Part shown: piece after piece, positions 38,377-50,789 of the stretch
How the letters are laid out: the number at the start of each line of letters is the position of its first letter
Numbering within the stretch: the stretch's first letter is position 1
Source of the DNA: Eledone cirrhosa
Lineage: Eukaryota
Reading direction: 5' to 3'
Assembly (NCBI GenBank): GCA_964016885.1
Contig: OZ024745.1
Coordinates: 10,044,001-10,108,000 of the forward strand
Length of the DNA stretch: 64,000 nt
Position numbers and translations under genes: made by a program
The notes under the pieces: generated by a model
The model's input: only the letters and a program-made list of their open reading frames with translations
Database searches by the model: none
Told to the model about the DNA's origin: nothing

Positions 38377-38612
38377 GGAAGACATGATATGAAGCTTAAA
38401 AAACACTTGCAAGCGCAGTGAAGTGTTAAATCAACAAGTGGTAAATATCAATGATGATATTTGTTTTTGAAATGCGCATAATAAAATACATGGAACTCTT
38501 TTAACCATCTTTTGATCTTATATTATTTATACTCCAGTCCTATAAACTGTTGAGGGCTACTTATTCGATATTTGCATTGCTTTATTGTGCTACAATAAAA
38601 CTCACCTCCTAC

Positions 38613-38668
<56 letters not shown>

Positions 38669-38671
<3 letters not shown>

Positions 38672-39755
38672 CTAGAGAAGAAATTCCAAACTTGGAAGCA
38701 GGGACTAGAAAGAAAGGGTCTCAAAGTCAACATGACAAAGACTAAGGTCCTTGTAAGTAGACAAGAAAACAGAACCCAGATCCCCTCAGGGAAATGGCCT
38801 TGCTCAGTATGTAGGAAAGGTGTAGGTAGGAACTCCATTCTCTGCCCCAAATGCAATCAATGGGAACACAAGAGATGTAGTGGGATCTCAGGAAGCTTAA
38901 CTAAGAATGTAGGCTTCACATGTAGCAGCTGTGCTGGGACAGCAAGCAGCAAACAGCCACAGGAAACAAGTACCACTAATCTCTGGGAGGGCTCTATAGA
39001 AACAGTAGACAGCTTCTGCTACCTAGGTGACCGAATTAGCAGTGGAGATGGGTGTTCGGAAAGTTCAATAACTAGGGTAAGAACAGGATGGAAGAAGTTC
39101 AGGGAGCTTCTGCCACTGTTAGCTGCAAAAGGTTTTTCCCTCAAAATGAAAGGCAGACTGTATGATGCGTGTATCCGAACAGCAATGTTACATGGTGGTG
39201 AGACCTGGGCGCTGTCTGTAGAAGACTTGCGCAAATTAGAAAGAAACGAAGCTTACATGCTCTGATGGATGTGTAATAGTAATATACGCGATTGTGTTGG
39301 TATGGACATGTGATGCATATGAAGGATGAAAGCTACATAAAAAGGTGCAGAGCACTAGAAGTCGATGGAAACTGCGGAGTGGGATGAGGTGATAAAAGCC
39401 AACCTTACCCAATTACACCTCTCAAAGGCGATGACACACGACCGTGACCTCTGGCGTCACGCAGTAATACAGAGTACCCGACCTCCCATGGGAACAAGCT
39501 GAAGCTGAAGCATATAGACAATATGCCCCACCCCCTCCCACTGCAAAGTGGACGTGTAGGCGCCACGGAAAAAAGCACCCAGCACTCACTGTAAATGAGG
39601 TTGGTGTTAGGAAGGGCATCCAGCTGTAGAAATCAAGCCAGAATCAGTTCCCATATGAGCAAGACAAGGTCAGCCGACTGGACACTGCTCACAACAGGAC
39701 AACCCGTCTAACTCATGCTAGCGTGGAAGAACGGACGTAAAACGCTGATGATGAT
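38669..39755 (+). mobile_element. 5'-truncated, diverged RTE family B-like copy
   Basis: ELEKKFQTWKQGLERKGLKVNMTKTKV...; same type of 3' tail as family B. Confidence 0.88.
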
Positions 39756-39761
39756 ACTTAC

Positions 39762-39992
39762 CGACACAGATTCTTGGTCAGTACTGTTATCTGCCAACTT
39801 CCTCGATATATCAGTGTAGGCATGTTGAAGTTTATCATGTTCCCGGTGAATTTTGTCCAGTTCCCACTGAGTATGACTGAGGCTGCGATGGGTTTCTTCT
39901 AATTCTTTCCGTAACACTTTCACTTGCCTCTCATAATCCACAAGGTTCTCTTCCGATGTCATTATTTCACACTGCCATTTTTCAAGGTCACT
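39762..39992 (-). CDS. CIT: Coding exon (SDLEKWQCEIMTSEENLVDYERQVKVLRKELEETHRSLSHTQWELDKIHREHDKLQHAYTDISRKLADNSTDQESVS)
   Basis: ttttgtgtag acceptor, gtaagt donor, 231 nt, phase 0-0, coiled-coil character. Confidence 0.8.
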
Positions 39993-40230
39993 CTACACAA
40001 AATAAAACAATAATAATGGTTTCTAATTTAGGCACAAGACCAACAATTTTGGGGAAGGGAAAAATCAATTAAATCAACCCCAGTGTGTTACTGGTACTAT
40101 ATTGACCCCGTAAAGATGAAAGGTAAAGCTAACCCCAGCGGGATTTGGACGCAAGACGGAGGTGATGATGATAGATGTATATACACTCAAATATATATAT
40201 ACCATTATCATGATATATACGTGTGTGTAT

Positions 40231-40480
40231 AAAGTTATGTTGGTACCACAAAACATCCAGTCCACACCGTAAAGTGGCTGTGTGGGTGTCACAACAAAAA
40301 GCACCTAGCCCTCACTGTAAATATGGTTGGCGTTAGGAAAGGCATCTAACTGTAGAAAACCAGCCAGAAACAGTCCTGTATGAGCGAGACATGGTCACCC
40401 GACCCAACTTGCCTCTAAATGGGACAAAGCTGTCTAACCCATGCTAGTGTGGAAGATGGACGTTAACCGATGATGATGAA
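40231..40480 (+). mobile_element. RTE-tail SINE-like unit (same as the family B 3' tail)
   Basis: ggttggcgttaggaaaggcatc...aacccatgctagtgtggaagatggacgtt(gat)n. Confidence 0.75.
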
Positions 40481-40760
40481 CATAATGATAAATAATTAAA
40501 AAGTAGTCATCATCACCATTGTTTAATAGCATGGGTTAGATGGACAGTAGTAATTACAATGTATTGAGGTGTATTTGTTGACATTTTAAGCCTGAAGAAA
40601 TCTCCTCCAAACTAGAGGTTGACATATATGACAGCTTGGTGCCAGCAATGTGTAATAAAGTGTCTTGCTCAAGGACACAATGCATCACCTGGTCTGAGAG
40701 TCAAACACACAACCTTTCAATTGCAAGCCCAACATTCTAACCACTAAGCCACACACGTAC

Positions 40761-40794
<34 letters not shown>

Positions 40795-40901
40795 GTTTTT
40801 GCATAATATGACACGAAACTACGTAGTTGAGGAGTAATGAAGGAATTTGGGTATGGTATATCTTATTAATTATATCTAATGTTTCTTCTTTCTTTATAAT
40901 G

Positions 40902-40941
<40 letters not shown>

Positions 40942-41284
40942 CATATATTGTAGTTATAAGCCTAACACAAAATTTTGAGCTAAGAATGTGAAGATGTGTA
41001 GGCCAGGTAAACTTGTATACTACAATATATTCCTTGCAAGCAGGGAAAAGTGGACGTATGATGATTAACAGTAGGATGAACATAGTGTGGTTCATAAAAG
41101 AGGTGTATATGAAGATATATATGATATATTGATGTATAATAAACATATATACTGTATATAAGCAGAAAATTATGTGACGAAAAACAAAAAAAAAGGGGCG
41201 TTTTTTTGTTGTTTTTATTCGAGGTCAATATTTTACCAATTCTCACCAACTTCAAAATTCTATGTAAATGAGGTGCTAAAATAT

Positions 41285-41785
41285 TTTCACTTTGGAGGTG
41301 ATTATTACACCTGTTTCACTTTGGAGGTGAATATTACACCTGTTTCACTTTGGAGGTGAATATTACACCTGTTTCACTTTGGAGGTGATTATTACACCTG
41401 TTTCACTTTGGAGGTGAATATTACACCTGTTTCACTTTGGAGGTGATTATTACACCTGTTTCACTTTGGAGGTGATTATTACACCTGTTTCACTTTGGAG
41501 GTGAATATTACACTTGTTTCACTTTGGAGGTGAATATTACACCTGTTTCACTTTGGAGGTGAATATTACACCTGTTTCACTTTGGAGGTGATTATTACAC
41601 CTGTTTCACTTTGGAGGTGATTATTACACCTGTTTCACTTTGGAGGTGAATATTACACCTGTTTCACCTTGGAGGTGAATATTACACCTGTTTCACCTTG
41701 GAGGTGAATATTACACCTGTTTCACTTTGGAGGTGAATATTACACCTGTTTCACTTTGGAGGTGATTATTACACCTGTTTCACTT
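41285..41785. repeat. 29-bp minisatellite, ~17 copies
   Basis: Unit TTTCACTTTGGAGGTGAATATTACACCTG. Confidence 0.96.
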
Positions 41786-42376
41786 GCGACTTTAAATTTG
41801 TATTTCTTATTGCTTTTGATATGTTTTGATTGAATATGGCCTTTAAAATGGTTGTAAATTGGTTAAAAAAATCATTACGTACAGTTGTGAAATATAAACT
41901 ATACTCTAAATGACACTTAAAACATTTTAAATATCAAAATATTAAAACTTCATAAATATATTCTCCACTCTTGAGAATTTCAAAACCACACCATCTAAAT
42001 ATAGGGTGTTGATGAGCTGTCTTGACTTATAAATGGAGTTTGGACTTTTGCCTATTTCTCAGACATAAAATAGTCAACCATATTGACTACAATACATGGT
42101 ATTTGTATAATTCACCACAGATGATAGGTAAAGCCAATGGTGACAGGATTTGAACTCAGAAAATAAAAACTATAATTAGTCTGGTGTTCTTACCATTTCA
42201 GAAAATTCATTGATAAGATGGTCAAGAAGAAAAAAAGACAATTTATGATGATTTAAGAAGGGGAAGAAGAAGAGAAGACTAAGGAGAAGAATTCAAAATA
42301 AAGAAATTATTTCCTTTTCTTTCTTTTTTTATCCCGAATAATCAACAAAAAATAATTTCAAAGATTTTAAAATTAC

Positions 42377-42532
42377 CTGAGAGCTCTGATATTTCTCTTC
42401 AGCTTTATCTCTTTGAGCTTTCATCTTCTCAATTTGTAATAACAGACGCTCTTTCATTTTTGATGCTTCATCTTCCCAAGATGTCAATTCTTCTGTTAAA
42501 CTTTTCACAAGTTCTTTGTTGGATTTGTCTTG
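42377..42532 (-). CDS. CIT: Coding exon (QDKSNKELVKSLTEELTSWEDEASKMKERLLLQIEKMKAQRDKAEEKYQSSQ)
   Basis: cattttag acceptor, gtaatt donor, 156 nt, phase 0-0. Confidence 0.8.
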
Positions 42533-42782
42533 CTAAAATGCCATAAGGCAAAAATTACAAAATTATAAAAAAAATAATAATAATAATAAAGGAAAAAAAA
42601 AACTGCCCCAAACAAACAAAAATGTATGAAACTAAAATGGAAGGATGCTAGACAAAGCTAATGTGATGTTTACAAAATTCTATTTTTAAGAAGACACTTA
42701 AGTGAGATGAAAGGTTGAGAGTTTAAAAAGTTTTACTTGTTTTATAGAAATTCTGTCCTTTAATAATCTTGATGAAATATTG

Positions 42783-43110
42783 TTTCTACTTTTGGCACAA
42801 GGCCAACAATAATCCCCAGTACATTACTGGTGCTTTATTTTATCAACTCTGTAAGGATGAAAGGCAAAGTTGACCACGGCAAAAATAATGATTTCTAATT
42901 TGGGCACAAGGCCAGCAATATTGAGGCATGAAAGGAAAAGTTGATTATATTGACCTCAGTATATGACTGGTACTGATTTTTATCAAACCCCAGAAAGATG
43001 AAATGGAAAGTTGACCACAGTCAGATTTCAAACATTTTCAAGAGCTGGAATGAATGCCACAAAGCATTTTGTCTGACACTCTACCGATTCTGCTAATCCA
43101 CTGCCCTTAT
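42783..43110 (-). mobile_element. Two tandem tRNA-SINE family 1 copies
   Basis: ggcacaaggcca...actggt...ggatgaaaggcaaagttgacc occurs twice. Confidence 0.7.
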
Positions 43111-43441
43111 ATCAATAATACTGATTTGTAACAAAGTTATACAGCAAAAGATTTTGTAAGAAAGTATTCATCATTTTTACATACACTTTTCCACACTGGC
43201 ATAGGTTTAGACAAGATGTTTTGAGACAATGTTTTACAGCCAGATGTCCTTCCTGACACCACTTCTTACAACACACAGCATACAGTGTACTTATTCTATA
43301 AACCAAGATACACTCGGTATTATCATTTATATCCATCTCTGGAAGGATGTAAGGCAAAAATGGAATTTGAGAACCTTAACTCTGTTTCTTTACCAAACTG
43401 TCTGACGTGAAGAGTTAAAAACTGAAGCTACATATTCACAC

Positions 43442-43574
43442 CTTTAATATGTTCTCCTTTAATGACCCTATGTTGGTTTGATATTCTTGGACAAGGTGTT
43501 CTAAGGTAGAAATACGAGCTTCTAGATGAGCCTTATCTTGTTGAAGTATTTGTAGCTTCTCTTCTGTTTTGGGG
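43442..43574 (-). CDS. CIT: Coding exon (PKTEEKLQILQQDKAHLEARISTLEHLVQEYQTNIGSLKENILK)
   Basis: atttcag acceptor, gtgtga donor, 133 nt, phase 2-0. Confidence 0.8.
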
Positions 43575-43602
43575 CTGAAATATTTAAACAAAAAATGAAA
43601 AC

Positions 43603-45521
43603 AAATGTCATAATTAGTGATAAACCCATTAGGGTCTGACCAATTAACAACAATGTCATAATTAGTGATAAACCCATTAAGGTCTGACCAATTAACAACA
43701 ATGTCATAATTAGTGATAAACCCATTAGGGTCTGACCAATTAACAACAATGTCATAATTAGTGATAAACCCATTAGGGTCTGACCAATTAACAACAATGT
43801 CATAATTAGTGATAAACTCATTAGGGTCTGACCAACTAACAACAATGTCATAATTAGTGATAAACCCATTAGGGTCTGACCAACTAACAACAATGTCATA
43901 ATTAGTAATAAACCCATTAGGGTCTGACCAACTAACAACAATGTCATAATTAGTGATAAACCCATTAGGGTCTGACCAACTAACAACAATGTCATAATTA
44001 GTGATAAACCCATTAGGGTCTGACCAATTAACAACAATGTCATAATTAGTGATAAACCCATTAGGGTCTGACCAATTAACAACAATGTCATAATTAGTGA
44101 TAAACCCATTAGGGTCTGACCAATTAACAACAATGTCATAATTAGTGATAAACCCATTAGGGTCTGACCAATTAACAACAATGTCATAATTAGTGATAAA
44201 CCCATTAAGGTCTGACCAACTAACAACAATGTCATAATTAGTGATAAACCCATTAGGGTCTGACCAACTAACAACAATGTCATAATTAGTGATAAACCCA
44301 TTAGGGTCTGACCAATTAACAACACTGTCATAATTAGTGATAAACCCATTAAGGTCTGACCAATTAACAACAATGTCATAATTAGTGATAAACCCATTAG
44401 GGTCTGACCAATTAACAACACTGTCATAATTAGTGATAAACCCATTAGGGTCTGATCAATTAACAACAATGTCATGATTAGTGATAAACTCATTAGGGTC
44501 TGACCAATTAACAACACTGTCATAATTAGTAATAAACCCATTAGGGTCTGACCAATTAACAACAATGTCATAATTAGTGATAAACTCATTAGGGTCTGAC
44601 CAATTAACAACACTGTCATAATTAGTAATAAACCCATTAGGGTCTGACCAATTAACAACAATGTCATAATTAGTGATAAACTCATTAGGGTCTGACCAAT
44701 TAACAACAATGTCATAATTAGTGATAAACCCATTAGGGTCTGACCAATTAACAACAATGTCATGATTAGTGATAAACTCATTAGGGTCTGACCAATTAAC
44801 AACACTGTCATAATTAGTGATAAACCCATTAAGGTCTGACCAATTAACAATGTCATAATTAGTGATAAACCCATTAAGGTCTGACCAATTAACAACAATG
44901 TCATAATTAGTGATAAACCCATTAGGGTCTGACCAATTAACAACAATGTCATAATTAGTGATAAACCCATTAGGGTCTGACCAATTAACAACAATGTCAT
45001 AATTAGTGATAAACCCATTAGGGTCTGATCAATTAACAACAATGTCATAATTAGTGATAAACCCATTAGGGTCTGACCAATTAACAACAATGTCATGATT
45101 AGTGATAAACTCATTAGGGTCTGACCAATTAACAACACTGTCATAATTAGTGATAAACCCATTAAGGTCTGACCAATTAACAATGTCATAATTAGTGATA
45201 AACCCATTAAGGTCTGACCAATTAACAACAATGTCATAATTAGTGATAAACTCATTAGGGTCTGACCAATTAACAACAATGTCATAATTAGTGATAAACT
45301 CATTAGGGTCTGACCAATTAACAACAATGTCATAATTAGTGATAAACTCATTAGGGTCTGACCAATTAACAACAATGTCATAATTAGTGATAAACCCATT
45401 AAGGTCTGACCAACTAACAACTGTCATAATTAGTGATAAACTCATTAGGGTCTGACCAATTAACAACAATGTCATAATTAGTGATAAACCCATTAAGGTC
45501 TGACCAAGTAACAACAATGTT
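43603..45521. repeat. 48-bp minisatellite, ~40 copies
   Basis: Unit AACAACAATGTCATAATTAGTGATAAACCCATTAGGGTCTGACCAATT. Confidence 0.97.
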
Positions 45522-45659
45522 GCCATTCTTTTGATGCAATGAAAGTGTGTGCGTATCTCTAACTCTTGATGGAGTCATAAGGCCGTTGTTGTTAGAGCAG
45601 GTCTTGAGATCTTTAAACCTGGCAAAGCCCAGAAATCTCTCTCTCTATATATATATAGA

Positions 45660-45805
45660 GATATCACAGAAAAAAGAGAATAAGTGTTGCGACGAAAGGA
45701 ATTTATTGGACATATTACAAATGTTTGTCGGGCCCGAGAAACAATTGTAATATGTCCAATAAATTCCTTTCGTCACAACACTGATTCTCTTTTTTCTGTG
45801 ATATC
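45660..45805. repeat. 146-bp palindrome with no spacer (Penelope pLTR-like hairpin with a hammerhead 3' half)
   Basis: 73-bp arms centred on GGG|CCC (45732/45733), four mismatches. The right arm contains GAAA-CAATTG-TA. Confidence 0.85.
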
Positions 45806-46639
45806 ATACTCTGCTCTAGGAGAGCACAGAGTGTTCAAACGGCCTACCGCATATGGACGCTTTAAGCATCCAACACCAAATATATATATATATATATAAT
45901 ATAATATATATATTATGGAATACTGTTGGCTTCTTGCTACAATAATTTCTATACTTTTCATTTATATATAATAATATATGTAGAAATAAACACAGTAAAT
46001 TGTGTGTCTAAAATTACGAGAGTTGAAATGCCACATTGGTTTGACAAATTTAACCTGAAGAAAACGGAAGATATAGAATATATATATTACAGACTATTTC
46101 ATCTCTCGGACAGATTAGAGATTTTTATCTGTTTCACCCTGAAAATTGTGTTTGTAACATAATCCGTAGGCTTTCCTCAGCAAGAGATAAGATCAAATGC
46201 AACAAACACATACAACTAAAAACCACACGAGTGAATATTTCACCTCGTGTGGTGGATATGCTAAAAATAATAGCCTTAATACACCCAACTTATAAGCTCA
46301 CCTAGTTAGAGAGCCGAAATACAAATAAAATTTATAGTTACTAACTCATATTGATACCCTATAATTAACAAGCTATGAGTTAGTAACCAAATTTTATTTG
46401 TGTGTGTGTAGAGAGAGAGAGAGAGATAGAGGGAGAGGGAGAGGGAGAGAGAGAGACTGGTACTTTTTTTTATTGACCTCGAAAGGATGACAGTCAAAGT
46501 TGACCTGAGAAGGATTTGAACTTAGAGAGAAGAGAGCCAGAACTACAAAATATTCTATCTGAACCTCTAATGACTCACTTATAGATTATAGATAAATTCA
46601 AATATTGATTTTTGTATATTCTTTCAGAAAGAGTCTAGA

Positions 46640-46920
46640 TGTGAAGAGATATATGCTGTTGTTGGACCTCTGTTGTCCAATGAGTGTTCCAGTTGGAACT
46701 GCCTGATAGTGAAGTTAACACGTAAGTAACTGACCATTCCATAGACACAAGCATCCTTCATGTAGTTCTCAGGGAGATTTAGCATGACACAAAGACACAA
46801 CTCAATTTTGCCAGCTGAGTGTACTGGAAGAATTTGAAATAAAGTGTCTTGCTGAATGACACAGTGCTCTGCCAGTCTGAGAATCAAACTCATCACCTTA
46901 CAATCGTGAGTTGAACACCT
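46640..46920 (-). mobile_element. tRNA-derived SINE family 2 (CORE-like body); related copies at ~40650-40755, 47020-47225, 51410-51510, 61130-61330 and 63380-63555
   Basis: Shared motif aaataaagtgtcttgct(caagg)acac...gaatcaaactcacaacc. Confidence 0.65.
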
Positions 46921-47411
46921 TCAGGAATAGAATTTGAAGAACTGACTCAAGTGAACAACTTTGGAAATTAGAAATTATAGTTTTTTGGTTTTTTTAATCG
47001 AATTAACAAGATCTCAGATCTCTTTCACTTACCGGGTGGGATGGAACTCGTGAAATCAGACCAAAGATATAATGCTTCCATTGCTGGTACTATCTACCGG
47101 TTGCAACTCCTGGTAGAAAGAGCAACATGAAATAAAGTGTCTTGCTCAAGGACATAATGCATCACCCAGTCTGGGCATCAAACTCACAATCTCACGATTG
47201 CAAATCCAATTCTCTAACTACTAAAAACTATAAACATTAACTTGCTTGAGTAGTTCTAGTAACCACTGGAAGGAAAACATCAAAATGAAAATAACTTACA
47301 TGAAAAAAACAAAAACCATAAGACACATATGAAGAAAATAGAGTGAAGGGTTCATTTGCTTCCTTAGTCCAAGGCTCAACGTTATCTATAATGTTGAAGA
47401 ATATAACTTAC

Positions 47412-47488
47412 CAAGTTTCTGTTGATCTCTCAGTACCTTTGTTCTGTAATCGGCTCACACTTACTGATCGGGCTAATGGATTAGAGAC
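47412..47488 (-). CDS. CIT: Coding exon (VSNPLARSVSVSRLQNKGTERSTETC)
   Basis: ttcacaacag acceptor, gtaagt donor, 77 nt, phase 0-2, matching the phase-2 start of the next exon. Confidence 0.75.
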
Positions 47489-47514
47489 CTGTTGTGAAAA
47501 GTAAAACATAATTA

Positions 47515-48190
47515 TAACTGGTTTAACTTGAGCCATTCCCTACTGTCAGAAGTTGAATGTAGATATAAACTAGTTTAACTTGAGCCATCCGATGTGGTCA
47601 GAAGATGAATGTAGATATAAACTAGTTTAACTTGAGCCATCCCATGTGGTCAGAAGATGAATGTAGATATAAACTAGTTTAACTTGAGCCATCCCATGTG
47701 GTCAGAAGATGAATGTAGATATAAACTAGTTTAACTTGAGCCATCCCATGTGGTCAGAAGATGAATGTAGATATAAACTAGTTTAACTTGAGCCATCCCA
47801 TGTGGTCAGAAGATGAATGTAGATATAAACTAGTTTAACTTGAGCCATCCCATCTGGTCAGAAGATGAATGTAGATATAAACTAGTTTAACTTGAGCCAT
47901 CCCATATGGTCAGAAGGTGAATGTAGATATAAACTAGTTTAACTTGAGCCATCCCATGTGGTCAGAAGATGAATGTAGATATAAACTAGTTTAACTTGAG
48001 CCATCCCATGTGGTCAGAAGATGAATGTAGATATAAACTAGTTTAACTTGAGCCATCCCATGTGGTCAGAAGATGAATGTAGATATAAACTAGTTTAACT
48101 TGAGCCATCCCATCTGGTCAGAAGATGAATGTAGATATAAACTAGTTTAACTTGAGCCATCCCATGTGGTCAGAAGATGAATGTAAATAT
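47515..48190. repeat. 52-bp minisatellite, ~13 copies
   Basis: Unit AACTAGTTTAACTTGAGCCATCCCATGTGGTCAGAAGATGAATGTAGATATA. Confidence 0.96.
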
Positions 48191-48648
48191 CAGAGCTGTG
48201 ATGGCTCTACCTCGAACGACTGAGCTACACTCTATCAAGTAACATTACTCCAAAATCACTTCGCAGTCTCCTTTTCTCTCCCTCCTCCTCTATCTTCAGT
48301 TTGTTCACAATTTTTGGATTATTTTTTTGCAAGTTCTCCACCTGTCCCCCTGCCCCATCGGGGTGGGAGATGCTTTTTTTCTGTATTTTCTATTCATATA
48401 TTCCATTTCCAAACTACCTACAGTCTCCTGTTTTAAACCTTTGATACTAAACTGGATGAAACAGCCCTTGGTTCTACAATACAAAACTGGTAGTTTTAAA
48501 GTGTTTATATTAATATAAAAACCTTCCTCACAATTTTATGTAAAAACATTTGTTATGTTCCAAACACCAGTTTAATAATAAAGTTATTTACCTTACTAAA
48601 ATCCTTCCAAATTCTGGATTATTTTAAAAATGATTTGAAAACCTCAGG

Positions 48649-49167
48649 CAGTGTCTTTCATTAGAAATATGGTAATGAAAGGGTTAATGACATAGACAGT
48701 GTCTTTCATTAGAAATATGATAATGAAAGGGTTAATGACATAGACAGTGTCTTTCATTAGAAATATGGTAATGAAAGGGTTAATGACATAGACTGTGTCT
48801 TTCATTAGAAATATGGCAATGAAAGGGTTAATGACATAGACAGTGTCTTTCATTAGAAATATGGTAATGAAAGGGTTAATGACATAGACAGTGTCTTTCA
48901 TTAGAAATATGGCAATGAAAGGGTTAATGACATAGACAGTGTCTTTCATTAGAAATATGGTAATGAAAGGGTTAATGACATAGACAGTGTCTTTCATTAG
49001 AAATATGGCAATGAAAGGGTTAATGACATAGACAGTGTCTTTCATTAGAAATATGGCAATGAAAGGGTTAATGACATAGACAGTGTCTTTCATTAGAAAT
49101 ATGGCAATGAAAGGGTTAATGACATAGACAGTGTCTTTCATTAGAAATATGGCAATGAAAGGGTTAA
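48649..49167. repeat. 48-bp minisatellite, ~11 copies
   Basis: Unit CAGTGTCTTTCATTAGAAATATGGYAATGAAAGGGTTAATGACATAGA. Confidence 0.96.
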
Positions 49168-49189
49168 TTAAACAGGAGATCATACATAC

Positions 49190-49237
49190 CTTCGGTCTAG
49201 CTCTGGCATTTTGTTGTTGCAGTTCTGTTTCTAATTC
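49190..49237 (-). CDS. CIT: Coding exon (ELETELQQQNARARPK)
   Basis: cttttgcag acceptor, gtatgt donor, 48 nt, phase 0-0. Confidence 0.75.
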
Positions 49238-49343
49238 CTGCAAAAGGCATTAATAAAAATATACAAAAAAAATGTAAATATCTCTTAAAATAAAAAAAAA
49301 AAAAAAAAAGGAAAATAATTTATAAAGGCCTTCAAATTCCAAT

Positions 49344-49400
<57 letters not shown>

Positions 49401-50076
49401 TTTTACTGTCTAAATAATTGGTATCATAATTCTGATGAGATTAGAGTAGATAATTAAAAAGTGGAATCTGGTAAATTTTCCTTTAAATACTTGTCTAAAG
49501 TTCTGTTCAAACATGTTTACCTCTATTTTTCTTTTTGTGTTTTCAACTAATCAGTTCTGTAAAAGCCCCACAAACGACTTTTTTCTGGGAAAAAAAAAAG
49601 GGGGTGGGGTGCGCTCTTCAAAATTTTCCATCCACAGCGTTTTCTTTCTTTTCCAGGTTATTTTGTAGGATTAGGGTTATCCCCTTTTATTCCAAAAAAA
49701 AAAGTTGTTTGCTATACTTTTGGGGGTCAGATTGAGAGCACATGAGGTGGGGAAGGTGTAAGAGAACTAGTGACAGGTCTTTTATCAAATATTTACCTGG
49801 AATGACATAGATATAATCTAAATGTGATCTATAGTGAGAAAATTAGATATTCTGTGTAGTGCATGGAACTTGTCTGCATGGCAATAATATGAGGCAAATT
49901 TGGAAGAAGGGCTAAGTTGATTAAATCAACCCCAGTACCTGACTGCTACTTTCTTTTACCAATTACTGTTAATCTATCAGCCCCTTAGATAATACCATAA
50001 TTTCTGGCAAATTAAACAACATTTCTGAAAATGTTCTTTAGAAGAAAATACAAATTTTTTTTTCATTACAACTTAC

Positions 50077-50160
50077 TTTTATTCTGTCTTTCTGTAGTCG
50101 TTCAGTTTTCCTTATATCATTCTTTTCAGAATTGAACTTTTCTGAGTTACGTTCTAAGTC
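50077..50160 (-). CDS. CIT: Coding exon (DLERNSEKFNSEKNDIRKTERLQKDRIK)
   Basis: ttgtttcag acceptor, gtaagt donor, 84 nt, phase 0-0. Confidence 0.78.
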
Positions 50161-50192
50161 CTGAAACAAATAATTTATATATATAAATAAAT

Positions 50193-50724
50193 ATCATCAT
50201 CATCGTTTAACGTCTATCTTCCACTAGCATGGGTTAGACGGGAGTTGTCCCACTTGAGGCAAGGTTGGTTGCGTGATCGTGTCTCGCTCATATAGGACTA
50301 TCTGGCAGGTTTTCTACGACTGGATGCCCTTCCTAACACCAACCACATTTACAGTGTGGAAATGGGAACTGTTTACCGGGTTACCTACACGGCCACATTA
50401 CAGCGTCGACTGTTTTTTTTTTTGTCGTGACACCTACACAATCTCGATCTCATTTATTTGGACTGGATGTTGTGGTACCAACTTTACAGAGAGAGGGTGT
50501 TGGTGGTGGGAGTGGGAGGATAGGGTAGGGGTAGTGGATTGGGGTATATATTTGGTTAAGAGGTGCCTACTGACTGCAGGTTTCGCTTTGTACATAGGCA
50601 AGGCGGGTCTTCTGTATTACTGTGTAGCGCCAAAGATCTCGGCCCAGTGACATTGTCTTAGAGAAGTGCAACAGTGTAAGGTCGGAATTTATCAAATCGT
50701 CCCAGGTTTTTCTGGGTCTACCTA
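50193..50724 (-). mobile_element. RTE family B 3' fragment
   Basis: Reverse-complement homologue of 6460-6963. Confidence 0.85.
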
Positions 50725-50789
50725 TATATATATATACATGCTAGCGTGGAAGATGGATGTTAAACGATGATGATGATGATGATATATAT

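Larger units (their letters stand above)
35152..38612. mobile_element. Penelope pLTR-like hairpin element (~80-bp inverted arms 35152-35231 and 38451-38531) split by an RTE insertion
   Basis: The arms are reverse complements, the element is flanked by (TA)n, and it contains hammerhead halves. Confidence 0.75.

Noticed and set aside
41285-41785. CRISPR-like array of 29-bp hairpin repeats
   Set aside because: Units are head to tail with no unique spacers, there are no cas genes, and the context is a eukaryotic intron.
43522-45526. 632-aa hydrophobic repeat ORF
   Set aside because: Translation of the 48-bp minisatellite; it overlaps the real exon in a different frame.
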